A stretch of DNA of 64,000 nucleotides from an uncultured Actinomycetes bacterium (GTDB lineage Bacteria > Actinomycetota > Thermoleophilia > UBA2241): contig CAVPVX010000001.1 in NCBI GenBank assembly GCA_963709345.1, positions 352,001 to 416,000 of the forward strand. The letters run 5' to 3'. A program made the translations under genes and the position numbers. Positions 18,752 through 28,045 of this stretch are shown here, one piece after another; the first letter of the stretch is position 1; each line of letters opens with the position of its first letter. The notes beneath the pieces are model-generated. The model had not been told where the DNA came from. It saw only the letters and a list, made by a program, of their open reading frames with translations, and did not search any database.

Positions 18752-19741
18752 TCAGGCGCCGAGTGAGCGCAGCAGGTGCACCAGACGATCGAGCTCGGCA
18801 CGATCCTTGAAGGCTATCTGGATGGCGCCGCCGCGCTTGCCGCTGCGGATACGCACGGGCGCCTCGAAGACGCCGTAGAGCTCGTCGACGAGTCCCGAGT
18901 AGTCGGGGCCGGCTCCAGGCCGCGCCGCAGGCGCGTCGCCCTCCGGCCCCTGCTCCGCCAGCTTCCTGACCAGCGCCTCGACCTGGCGCACGCTCAGCCC
19001 CTGTGTCAGGGCAAGGCGGGCCACCCGGCGGCGCTCCCCGTGGTCCGGCAGGGCCAGTAGCGCCCTCCCGTGCCCTTCGCTCAGCTCGCCGCTCTCGATC
19101 AGCACCTGCACCTCGTCGGGAAGGTCGAGCAGGCGCAACAGATTGGTCACCGACACGCGGCTGCGCCCCACCAGCTCGGCGATGCGGCCGTGCGTGAGCC
19201 CGAACTCGTCGGCGAGCGCCGCATAGGCCTGCGCCTCCTCGATCGCGTTCAGGTCCTCGCGGGCGACGTTCTCCGCGAGAGCGATCTCGAGCGAGGCGAT
19301 CTCATCCGCAGGGCGCACCAGCGCGGGGATCCGCTCCAGCCCCGCGAGCCTCGCGGCGCGCAGCCGCCGCTCGCCGGCGATGAGCTCGAATCGCGGCTCG
19401 TCCCCCGAACCACCCCCGCCGGGCGCGGCCTGCTCCGGCAGCGGCCGCACGACGACAGGCTGCACGACGCCGAGAGCCTTGATGGACGCAGCCAGTTCCT
19501 GGAGCTCCTCACTGCGGAACGCGCGGCGCGGCTGCCGCCTGTTGACGGTGATGTCGCTGGGTGCGAGCTCGCGGAGGCGGCCCTCCGGCGCTCCCCCGCC
19601 ACCACCGGTGCGGCCGAGAGCCGCCCGGCTCTCGCCGATCAACGCCCCGAGACCCTTACCGAGGGCCTTCTTGCCGCCGCCGCCCGCCGCGTGGCTCTGC
19701 GGCCTCGCGGGCGGCACCGCCGGATCGTGTGCGTCAGTCAC
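18752..19741 (-). CDS. parB: Chromosome partitioning protein ParB (Spo0J)
   Basis: KKALGKGLGALI, QPRRAF, IAGERRLRA, ENVAREDLNAIEEA, HTH, LSEGHGRALL. Confidence 0.95.
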   Translation of the reverse strand: MTDAHDPAVPPARPQSHAAGGGGKKALGKGLGALIGESRAALGRTGGGGGAPEGRLRELAPSDITVNRRQPRRAFRSEELQELAASIKALGVVQPVVVRPLPEQAAPGGGGSGDEPRFELIAGERRLRAARLAGLERIPALVRPADEIASLEIALAENVAREDLNAIEEAQAYAALADEFGLTHGRIAELVGRSRVSVTNLLRLLDLPDEVQVLIESGELSEGHGRALLALPDHGERRRVARLALTQGLSVRQVEALVRKLAEQGPEGDAPAARPGAGPDYSGLVDELYGVFEAPVRIRSGKRGGAIQIAFKDRAELDRLVHLLRSLGA

Positions 19742-20495
19742 GGGAGACGACCTCCTTGGCGAGATCGAAGTAGGCGTCGCTGCCGACGCAGGTCGCATCA
19801 TAGCGCGAGATCGGCAGTCCGTGACTCGGCGCCTCGCTGAGGCGCACGTTGCGCGGCACGACCGTGGTGAAGACGTGCTCCCCGAGATGCTCCCGCACCT
19901 CACCGGCGACCTCGCGCCCCAGCCGGGTGCGGCCGTCGTACATGGTGACGACGACGCCGAGCACCGCGAGCTGCGAGTTCAGGTGCTCCTGAACCAGTTC
20001 GACCGTGTCCAGGAGCTGCGCGAGGCCCTCCAGCGCGTAGTACTCGGCCTGCACTGGGATGAGCACCTCGCGCGCGGCGACCAGCGCGTTGATGGTAAGC
20101 ACGCCGAGGGACGGCGGGCAGTCGATGAAGACGAAGTCGTGGTGGTCGACGTGCCCCGCCAAGGCGTAGTCGAGGACGTACTCGTTGCCGTCGGCATTGG
20201 CAAGCTCGACGACGGCGCCGGCGAGATCGGGGCAGGCGGGCACCAGCATGAGGTGGTCGATCGACGTGGCGACCGTCGCCTCGGCGACGCCGGCTGCGCC
20301 GCCGAGAACGCCGTAGCTGCTGAGTCTTGAGTCGGCCGTGCGCACGCCCAAGCCCGCCGAGGCGTTCGCCTGGGGATCCAGATCCAGGAGAAGGACATCG
20401 AACTCAGCCTCTGCGAGACACGCGGCGAGGTTCACGGCGGTGGTGGTCTTGCCGACCCCGCCCTTCTGGTTGGTCACGGCGATGACGCGGGTCAC
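19734..20495 (-). CDS. parA: Chromosome partitioning ATPase ParA (Soj)
   Basis: NQKGGVGKTTT, DLDPQAN, IDCPPSLG, EYYALEGL, RLSEAPSHG. Confidence 0.96.
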   Translation of the reverse strand: MTRVIAVTNQKGGVGKTTTAVNLAACLAEAEFDVLLLDLDPQANASAGLGVRTADSRLSSYGVLGGAAGVAEATVATSIDHLMLVPACPDLAGAVVELANADGNEYVLDYALAGHVDHHDFVFIDCPPSLGVLTINALVAAREVLIPVQAEYYALEGLAQLLDTVELVQEHLNSQLAVLGVVVTMYDGRTRLGREVAGEVREHLGEHVFTTVVPRNVRLSEAPSHGLPISRYDATCVGSDAYFDLAKEVVSRD

Positions 20496-20558
20496 CGGGC
20501 TCCTTTCGCGGGGAATCGATACTAGCAGATGACGCCATGCCTGCCGGCGGGCGACCGG

Positions 20559-21298
20559 TCAGGCGCCCAGGGGGCGTTTGGCCGCGATGCCGGCGCGGCG
20601 CGGGAGACGCTCCGACGTCGGTCCGGTCTTGCGATACACCACGGCGACTGCGCCGCGAAGCGGCGAGTGCGGCAGCGTCACGGAGGACTCCGGTGCGAGG
20701 CCACAGAGTCGCGCCGCCTCAGCGCCGGCAGCGCCCTCCTCGGCGACGGCCCGCAGCGTCTTGCTGGCGATGAGCACGCCCCCGGCGGCAAGCAGAGGCG
20801 CGGCAAGCTCGACGAGGACGGGCAGCGACGCGACCGCTCGGGCGAGCACCACCGCGTACGCCTCGCGGTCAGGCCGGCCCACGGCCGCGAAGTCCTCGCT
20901 GCGAGAGCAGATGACACGGGCGCGGGACGCCAGGCGGTGACGCCGATGGCCTCCTCGAGAAAGACGCACTTTCCGGACACGGAGTCGAGCAGCGTCAGCG
21001 AAGTCGCGGGCAGCGCCACCGCAAGAGGGATGCCCGGGATACCGGCCCCGGCGCCAAGATCAAGCCAGCGCGCGCTCTCGCGGTCGCGCAGCTCGGCGAC
21101 GTCGAGCAGCGCCAGAGAGTCGCCGAGCAGCGTATCGACGACCTCGGCCCGGTCCCTGATCCCGCTGACGTTGCCGCGGCGCCACCCGAGGAGAAGGTCG
21201 ACGTAGCGGTCGAGCGCGGCGTGCTGGGCCTCATCGAGGCCGTGACGGGCGACGAGCACACCGAGTCCGCCGTCGCTCCTTGTCGGGTGCCCGTCCAT
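20559..21298 (-). pseudogene. rsmG: 16S rRNA m7G527 methyltransferase RsmG, split by a 1-bp frameshift near 20935 (may be a sequencing error)
   Basis: N-terminal frame has DSL, LDLGAGAGIPGIPL, LLDS; C-terminal frame has RSEDF, ARAVA, PRRAG; lies directly upstream of parA. Confidence 0.85.
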
Positions 21299-21333
21299 GG
21301 CCGGAGCCTACCACGCTGCGGGAACGCCCGATC

Positions 21334-22416
21334 TCAGCCGGCTCCCGCCACCTCGCGCAGCGCAGTCAGGAGAGCGTCGACGTCGTCCGGGGTGGTCTGC
21401 CACGAGCACATCCAGCGAACGACGCCCGCTCCCTCGTCCCACACGTAGAAGTGGTAACGCTCGTGCAGGCGCTTGATGACGATGGCCGGCAGGGCCGCGA
21501 ACACCGCGTTCGCCTGTACGGGATAGGCGAGGCTCACGCCCGGCACCGCAACGGCGCCGTCGGCGAGCCTCCGCGCCATCGCATTGGCGTGACCGGCCGT
21601 CTCGCGCCACAGGTCGCCCCCGAAGAGGCACAGGAGCTGGGCCGAGACGTAGCGCATCTTCGAGGCCAACTGGGTTCCCTGTTTGCGGGCGTACGCGTAT
21701 CCGGCCGCCAGTTCCGGCCTGAGGAAGACGGCGGCCTCGGCCCCCAGCAGGCCGCTCTTCGTGCCGCCGAGCGTCAGCAGGTCCACGCCGGCGTCGGACG
21801 TGATGCCGCGCAGTTCCACGCCCAGCCCGACGGCCGCATTGACGAGGCGCGCGCCGTCCACCTGGAGCAGGAGACCAGCGGCGTGAGCCACCTCCGCAAG
21901 CGCCGCGATCTCCTCGGGCGTGTACACGGTCCCCAGCTCTGTCGACTGAGAGATAGAGACCACCCGGGGTTGGACGTGGTGCTGGTCGCCGAAGCCGACG
22001 AGGCGGCTGCGCACGGCCTCAGCCGTGAGCTTGCCGTCGGGCGTCGGAACGGTGATGAGCTTGGCGCCCGCGATCCGCTCGGGCGAGCCGCACTCATCGA
22101 CGTTGATGTGCGCCGTCTCCGCGCATATCACTGCGTCCCAGGGCCGCAGGACTGCGGCAAGGGCGGTGACGTTACCGCCGGTGCCGTTGAAGACGGGGAA
22201 CGCCTCGACGTCGCCCAGCAACTCTCTCAGTCGCTCCCGCACTGCCGTCGTCCAGGGATCGTCGCCGTATGCCGGCGCCCAGCCGGAGTTCGCCTCGGCG
22301 ACCGCATCCAGCACGGCGGGGTGCGCGGCGGCGTGGTTGTCGCTCGCGAAGAGCGTGAGCGGAGCGCCTGCGGCGCCGCTCACGCCGCCGCCCTCCGCCC
22401 CCCGCCGGCGGCTCAC
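21334..22416 (-). CDS. ltaE: Low-specificity L-threonine aldolase (PLP)
   Basis: FASDN, YGDDPWT, GTGGN, HINVDECG, DGARL, GGTKSG, SKMRY; GTGA overlap with the upstream stop (alternative start 22383). Confidence 0.9.
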   Translation of the reverse strand: MSRRRGAEGGGVSGAAGAPLTLFASDNHAAAHPAVLDAVAEANSGWAPAYGDDPWTTAVRERLRELLGDVEAFPVFNGTGGNVTALAAVLRPWDAVICAETAHINVDECGSPERIAGAKLITVPTPDGKLTAEAVRSRLVGFGDQHHVQPRVVSISQSTELGTVYTPEEIAALAEVAHAAGLLLQVDGARLVNAAVGLGVELRGITSDAGVDLLTLGGTKSGLLGAEAAVFLRPELAAGYAYARKQGTQLASKMRYVSAQLLCLFGGDLWRETAGHANAMARRLADGAVAVPGVSLAYPVQANAVFAALPAIVIKRLHERYHFYVWDEGAGVVRWMCSWQTTPDDVDALLTALREVAGAG

Positions 22417-24485
22417 GCCGCCACCTTCTTCTTCAGCGACTCGTAGAACATGCTCAGCGGGAACTCGTCGTCGAGGACCCGGTCGATCCACGCCCGCGGG
22501 TCCGCCTCGTCGCTGTACACGCGCGCCGCCTCCCGCCACTGTGACGAGACATTGGGCGTCACATACCTCGATACGAGGTCGTGGGCGGCGATCCAGTATG
22601 TGACCCTGCTCGTCTCGATGCCATGCCGGTACAGTGCCTCCACAAGCTCGCGGAGCTCGCCGACCGCGTCCTTCACACGCGTCCAGTCGATGAGGAGGCG
22701 GTTGTCGGTCCAGCGCACGACGCCTCGGTCGTGCAGGTAGCCGAAGAGGAGCTGGCCGCCGAGGCCGTCGTAGTTGCGCACCCGGTTCCCGGTGATGGGA
22801 AACCGGAGGATGCGGTCGAAGAGGATGGCGTACTGGATGTAGCGAGCGAAGGGGAAGCCTCCGCGTGCCAGCTCACCGGCGGTGCCGTAGGTGGCAAGGT
22901 CCACGCGGAGCTCCTCAAGCGAGTACATCCAGTACGGGAGGCGCTGGCGGATCATGAACGGATCGAACGGCAGGTCGCCGTGACTGTGCCAGCGATCGTG
23001 GATCATGTCCCAGAGGATGTAGGTCTCGAGGGCCAGGTCGGCCGACGCGACGAGCGCCGCGGCGTCAGGGGGCAGATCGATGCGCAGCGCCTCCGCGGCG
23101 GCGGCGGTCGCGCGGCGGAACCGCGCCGACTCGCGGTCGCAGAAGATGGCGCCGAAGTGGTTGGTCGGGCGCTCGGCGACGCTTACCGTCTCGGGGAACA
23201 GCACCGCGCACTCGCTATCGTAGCCCGCGGTGTTGTCGACCAGTTGCACCGGCACGAACTTGGCGTTGTCGTACAGCTCGCGCTCGATCTCGGCGACGAA
23301 CTCCGGCCACGGCGTGCGCGTGATCAGAGCCTCGAAGCGCGTGTCCGGCGAGCCGTTCGGCGTGTACATCGGGAAGACGACCAGGTGTTCGGTGCCATCA
23401 TCACGACTGCTCTCCGGGCGGAAGCGGTCCAGAGATATCTGGAAGTCGGGCTTGGAGAAGCCCCCATCCGTCCACGCCAGCAGGTCGGCGCCGACCTGCT
23501 CGAGGTAGTCAGCCTGGTGCGAGAAGCGCGGCGCGAGATCGGCGATGGCATCGATCATGGCCGCCACGTGCGCCCGTACCTCGCTCTCGTCGTGCTTCCC
23601 AAGGTGCACATGGCCCGTGGGCTCCTGCAGCAGCCGCAGCGCGCCCGTCGCCGTCTTGAGACGGAGCCACGCGGGATCTCGCGCCGCCTCCGACTCGACC
23701 GGCGTGGAGTCGGCTCGAAACGCCGCCAGCGCGGCCCAGTACACGGCGTTGAGCCAAAGCCTGCGATGGTCGCCGTCGTTCAGGTGGTCGTCGCCGAACA
23801 GATCGGAGTCCGCCGACACGACGACGCGTCCGTCGCCGTAGTCGAAGGCGACGAGCAGGCCGGCGCCGACCGGATCGGCGGACGCGCCGGCCCGGAGCGC
23901 CGTCGTGCCCGAGACGCCGGCGGACACGACGCCCGCGCCGAGGAACCGCACGTCGCTCACGAGGTGCAGCAGGCCGGGAGAAGCGGCCGACGGCCCAGCC
24001 TCGGCGTGCACCCACTCGGGCGGCTCACCATGCGCTCCATAGTCGCGCACGGTCGCGCTCTCGACCCGCGCGCCGAACCGGTCGAGCAGCTCGTTCAGGC
24101 CCTCGCCGTACCTCCCCTGCTCCTCGTCGGCGAGCACGATCAGACCGCCCCCGCCGGCCACGAACGCTTCGATGGCCTCGAGTTCGCCGCTGGAGAACGA
24201 CGGCGGGTCGTCGGACGCCGAGGGGGTCAAGCGGCGATTGCTCGGGTGCGCGATCACGAGCACGGCGGCGGCGGCGAGAGTCTGGCCATCCAGAAGCCCG
24301 TCCGTGTGCGCCGCCACCTCGAAGTCACGAAGCGCCAGAACAGCGGCGGCCCCCGCGTACGACGCTGCAGCCGGGTGCGCCGGCCGCATCCTTCTCGCCG
24401 CATCGCCTCTGATAGACCAGGCCTCGCCGTGACGCTCGTCGAAGAGCACACGGGCGACCTTGCGCCGGTGCACTGTCTCAAGCAT
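22413..24485 (-). CDS. DUF6421-like protein with an extra N-terminal GATase-like/DUF4350-type domain
   Basis: HLVVFPMYTPNG, GYDSECAVLFPETV, FCDRE, WDMIHDRWHSHGDLPFDPFMI, LEELRVDL, RNYDGLGGQ, DDEFPL; RBS AGGAGG. Confidence 0.75.
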   Translation of the reverse strand: MLETVHRRKVARVLFDERHGEAWSIRGDAARRMRPAHPAAASYAGAAAVLALRDFEVAAHTDGLLDGQTLAAAAVLVIAHPSNRRLTPSASDDPPSFSSGELEAIEAFVAGGGGLIVLADEEQGRYGEGLNELLDRFGARVESATVRDYGAHGEPPEWVHAEAGPSAASPGLLHLVSDVRFLGAGVVSAGVSGTTALRAGASADPVGAGLLVAFDYGDGRVVVSADSDLFGDDHLNDGDHRRLWLNAVYWAALAAFRADSTPVESEAARDPAWLRLKTATGALRLLQEPTGHVHLGKHDESEVRAHVAAMIDAIADLAPRFSHQADYLEQVGADLLAWTDGGFSKPDFQISLDRFRPESSRDDGTEHLVVFPMYTPNGSPDTRFEALITRTPWPEFVAEIERELYDNAKFVPVQLVDNTAGYDSECAVLFPETVSVAERPTNHFGAIFCDRESARFRRATAAAAEALRIDLPPDAAALVASADLALETYILWDMIHDRWHSHGDLPFDPFMIRQRLPYWMYSLEELRVDLATYGTAGELARGGFPFARYIQYAILFDRILRFPITGNRVRNYDGLGGQLLFGYLHDRGVVRWTDNRLLIDWTRVKDAVGELRELVEALYRHGIETSRVTYWIAAHDLVSRYVTPNVSSQWREAARVYSDEADPRAWIDRVLDDEFPLSMFYESLKKKVAA

Positions 24486-24676
24486 GTCGTCCTCCTGACG
24501 CCCTTGACTCACGGCGCGTCTCGCGCACGGCGAGACGTCTTGAGCCCTTCGACCCGTATGTTCCAGCTCCGGTGCCCGCGCCAAACCAGCTACGGCGGCG
24601 GTGCGCGCGAATCAGGTCAGAAGTCGAACGATGTCGGCGAAGGGACGGGCCGCCCGGCGCGACCGGCGGAGGACGG

Positions 24677-25099
24677 TCAGGCGTCGCGATTCTTGGTGAG
24701 CACGAGCACGGTGCCTCCGTCGTCCGGGCGGGAGAGGTCGAAGTCGTCGACGACGGCGCGGATGATCGAGATACCCATGCCGCCTTCGCTGAGGCGGATC
24801 TCGGGAATCGCCCCGCACTCGGGGCAGTCGGCCTCGTTCTCCTGGAACCCGTCGCCCTCGTCGCGGATGAGCACGGTGACGCGGTCGGAATGGATGGTGA
24901 ACTCGAGGTGCACGAGGCCGTCGTCGTGATCGTAGGCGTGCCGCACGGAGTTCGAGCACGCCTCCGTCAGCGCCAGCTTGAGGTCCGCTACCGCGTCCTC
25001 GGAGTAGCCTCGGGAGCGCAGCAGACCCGAGAGGGCGAGCCTCCCGAGCGCGACGTACTCGGGCTTAGCCGGAATGTCGAGTTTCACGTAGTCGTTCAC
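24677..25099 (-). CDS. rsbW: Anti-sigma factor / Ser kinase, RsbW family
   Basis: IPAKPEYV, DLKLALTEACSNSVRHAY, DEGDGF, EGGMGISII. Confidence 0.85.
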   Translation of the reverse strand: MNDYVKLDIPAKPEYVALGRLALSGLLRSRGYSEDAVADLKLALTEACSNSVRHAYDHDDGLVHLEFTIHSDRVTVLIRDEGDGFQENEADCPECGAIPEIRLSEGGMGISIIRAVVDDFDLSRPDDGGTVLVLTKNRDA

Positions 25100-25165
25100 G
25101 ACGAGGAATCCTATCCGCTCCTGGGCTGCCGGGCCAGTCACGCTCGATCGCGCTTGCACGGACAG

Positions 25166-26215
25166 TCACTTCTTCACGGTCGTCCGGACATTCACGTTGG
25201 TTCCACACATCGCGCACAATGTTCCCCGAAGCGCCACATCTTCAACCGCGTAGCCGGTGCGCCTCACCAGAAGGCGTTTGCAGTTCGGGCACACCGTGTT
25301 CTCGCCCTCGTGGCCGGGCACGTTGCCGATGTACACGAACTTCAGACCGGCATCGTAGCCGATGCGCACCGCGCGCTCGAGAACGGGGATCGGTGTGGGC
25401 GGTAGGTGCGAGTAGTCCAGATATGGCATGAACCGGGTGACGTGCCAGGGGGTCTCGGGACCGAGCTTCGCGACCATCCACTCGGCGATGCCGCGCAGCG
25501 TCGCCTCGTCGTCGTTGAAGTCCGGGATCACGTTCGTGACGATCTCGACGTGGCAGTCGAAGTCCTTCTTTGCCCGCTCGGCGGCCGAGAGGACCGGCGC
25601 CATGCCGCGGACGCGGCACAGCTCCTGGTACTGGTCGTCGCTGAAGCCCTTCACATCGACGCGGTACGCGTCGATGTGCGGCGCCAGTGCATCCAGAGCC
25701 TCTTCAGTGATGTAGCCGTTGGTGACCATCACCGTGTAGAGGCCGTGCTCGTGCGCCAGCTGGGCGCCGTCGAGGACGTACTCGATCCAGATCGTCGGCT
25801 CGTTGTATGTCCAAGCGACGCCCTGGCACTCATTGTTGGCCGCCAGGACCGGCAGGTTGCGCACCGGCAGGTTGCGCAGATCGCGCACCACGTCGGCGGG
25901 GTCGGCGTGAGCGATCTGCCAGTTCTGGCAATCGCGGCAGGCGAAGCTGCAGCCCACGCTGCCCAGCGACAGCACGGTGGACCCGGGAAAGAAGTGGTAC
26001 AGCGGCTTCTTCTCGATGGGATCGGCCATCACGCTGGAGACTCGCCCGTACGTAAGGGCGTACAGCGTGCCGCCACGGTTGGCGCGCGCCCGGCAGGCGC
26101 CGCTCTTGCCGGGCGCGATGCGGCAGAGCCGGGGGCAGACGTGGCACTGCACGAACCCGTCCTCGAGACGCTCGTAGAGCATCGCCTCGTGCGGATCCGG
26201 GGCGGCCGCCTTCAA
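25166..26215 (-). CDS. amrS: AmmeMemoRadiSam system radical SAM enzyme
   Basis: CHVCPRLC, DPIEKKPLYHFFPG, CSFACRDCQNW (CxxxCxxC), TYNEP, FVYIGNV, CPNC; TTG start is approximate. Confidence 0.9.
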   Translation of the reverse strand: MKAAAPDPHEAMLYERLEDGFVQCHVCPRLCRIAPGKSGACRARANRGGTLYALTYGRVSSVMADPIEKKPLYHFFPGSTVLSLGSVGCSFACRDCQNWQIAHADPADVVRDLRNLPVRNLPVLAANNECQGVAWTYNEPTIWIEYVLDGAQLAHEHGLYTVMVTNGYITEEALDALAPHIDAYRVDVKGFSDDQYQELCRVRGMAPVLSAAERAKKDFDCHVEIVTNVIPDFNDDEATLRGIAEWMVAKLGPETPWHVTRFMPYLDYSHLPPTPIPVLERAVRIGYDAGLKFVYIGNVPGHEGENTVCPNCKRLLVRRTGYAVEDVALRGTLCAMCGTNVNVRTTVKK

Positions 26216-26508
26216 GTCAGTTCCTGAGGCCGCCGCAGTCCGGCGATGTTGTAGGGAGAGTTGCACGAGACGGCGCCGCGCCCGACCCGGCGGAACTCCG
26301 CCTCGGTCCACGGGTGTGTGGCGATAATCGCGGGACCGATGTCGACGTAGGCGGCGGGCCGAGTGCCGTCAATGGGGTCGACGATGAGGACGAGCTCCGG
26401 GTCGCTCGCGCCCTGCAGGCCACAGTCCTCAAGACAGAAAGCCCACCTGGGCAACTCGTCGCGGTGACGTCTGCAGAGAGCGACGAGCTTGCCGGTCGTG
26501 TCGTTCAT
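26212..26508 (-). pseudogene. Internally deleted inositol-monophosphatase-family remnant
   Basis: Keeps ED.GL and LIVDPIDGT but is only about 98 aa; jumps directly to C-terminal-like AYVDIG and SPYNIA. Confidence 0.6.
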
Positions 26509-26609
26509 GGATCTCCCGTGTCGGCGCGGCCGGCGAGCGTCGCCGGCGGGGGTGCACATTCTACCCTGCTATACTCGTGATGCCGACCGTTCGCCGCCGC
26601 TCCTGCCGG

Positions 26610-27308
26610 ATGCATACCCGTGACCATGACCCCGCCGCCCCCCAGCTGATGACCGCGCCGCCCGCTCCCGCCGGGACCATCGCCTACCGCGGTTCCGGGG
26701 ATTCTCTCTACCTCAACATCACGAACCGCTGCTCGAGCTCCTGCATGTTCTGCCTGCGCGAGTGGACCGACGGTGTGTACGGAGAGCGGCTCGTGCTCGA
26801 CCGCGAACCGGAGGCCGACGAGGTCACGCAGGCGATTGAGCTGGCCTTCCTGGACGCGCCCGCCTCGGAGGTCGTCTTCTGCGGCTTTGGTGAGCCGACG
26901 ATGCGCCTCGACGTCGTTCTCGCCGTAACCGAGTGGCTGCGCCTCCGGCGTATCCGCAGCCGGCTGGACACGAACGGGCACGGCCGGCTGCTCAACCCCG
27001 AACTGGACGTGCCGGCGGCCTTGGCGGCAGCCGGCCTCGACGCCGTCACGGTCAGCCTCAACGCCGCCGATCCTGAAACGTACGACCGGCTCTGCCGCCC
27101 CGTCTTCTCCAAGTCCTACAGGGCCGTGCTGCGTTTCGCCGAAGAGTGTCTGGAGCGTGGAATAGAGACCACACTGACCGCCGTCGACCACCCGGACGCG
27201 GACCTGCCCGGGGTCGCCGACCTGGCGGCCGCCATAGGCGCCCGCTTCAGGGCCCGCGCCTGTGCGGCGCCCATCGCTCGTCAAGCGGCGCGGAAGGGAG
27301 ATAGCTGA
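26610..27308 (+). CDS. TatD-associated radical SAM protein
   Basis: YRGSGDSLYLNITNRCSSSCMFC, EVVFCGFGEPT, RLDTNGHG, VSLNA; start uncertain (26610 or 26649). Confidence 0.85.
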   Translation: MHTRDHDPAAPQLMTAPPAPAGTIAYRGSGDSLYLNITNRCSSSCMFCLREWTDGVYGERLVLDREPEADEVTQAIELAFLDAPASEVVFCGFGEPTMRLDVVLAVTEWLRLRRIRSRLDTNGHGRLLNPELDVPAALAAAGLDAVTVSLNAADPETYDRLCRPVFSKSYRAVLRFAEECLERGIETTLTAVDHPDADLPGVADLAAAIGARFRARACAAPIARQAARKGDS

Positions 27309-28015
27309 TGGCCGAATCAGGAGCGCGCATCCTGCTCGTCGACGACGAGGAGGCGATCCTGAAACTCCTGCGCTTCCCGCTCGAAAAGGAGGGCTATCAG
27401 GTCGTGAGCGCACGCGACGGCGACGAGGCCCTCGAGACTTTCGCGCGAGAGGACTTCGACCTCGTCATCCTCGACATCATGCTGCCGCACATCGACGGTA
27501 TGGAGGTCTGCCGTCGCATCCGCGCCCAGAGCATCGTCCCCATCATCATGCTCACCGCGAAGAGCGACGAGTTCGACAAGGTGCTCGGCCTCGAGATCGG
27601 CGCCGACGACTACATCACCAAGGACAAGTTCAGCCTGCGCGAGTTCCGCAGCCGCGTCCGCGCCCAGCTGCGTCGCGCCGAGATGAGCCGAAGCGCCGAA
27701 GCCACGAAGAAGGAGGTCATCACGATCGACGACCTCAAGGTCGACGTGCTCAAGCGCAACGTCGTCGTACGTGGCGCGAAGGCCGATCTTACCTACATCG
27801 AGTTCGAGATCCTGAAGACCCTGATCTCGCATCCCGGCCGCGTGTACAGCCGTCAGCTCCTGCTGCAACTCGTCTGGGGCGACAGCGACTACCGTGACTC
27901 GCGGACGGTGGACGTTCACATCCGGCACCTGCGTGAGAAGCTCGAGACGGATCCCAAGGATCCCGAGTTCATCTTCACGGTGCGCAACATCGGCTACAAG
28001 TTCCGCGAGTTCTAG
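27308..28015 (+). CDS. OmpR/PhoB-family response regulator
   Basis: ILLVDDE, LDIMLPHIDG, MLTAK, GADDYITK, winged helix RTVDVHIRHLREKLE. Confidence 0.95.
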   Translation: MAESGARILLVDDEEAILKLLRFPLEKEGYQVVSARDGDEALETFAREDFDLVILDIMLPHIDGMEVCRRIRAQSIVPIIMLTAKSDEFDKVLGLEIGADDYITKDKFSLREFRSRVRAQLRRAEMSRSAEATKKEVITIDDLKVDVLKRNVVVRGAKADLTYIEFEILKTLISHPGRVYSRQLLLQLVWGDSDYRDSRTVDVHIRHLREKLETDPKDPEFIFTVRNIGYKFREF

Positions 28016-28045
28016 AAGCTCACGGCGCCGAGGCGCCCGAGGCGT

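Noticed and set aside
22378-22422. 12-bp direct repeat GCTCACGCCGCC at the ltaE start
   Set aside because: A small local duplication that gives two alternative GTG starts; no sign of function
25081-25094. GTTTCACGT, resembling half a parS
   Set aside because: The second half does not match, and it lies in rsbW coding sequence
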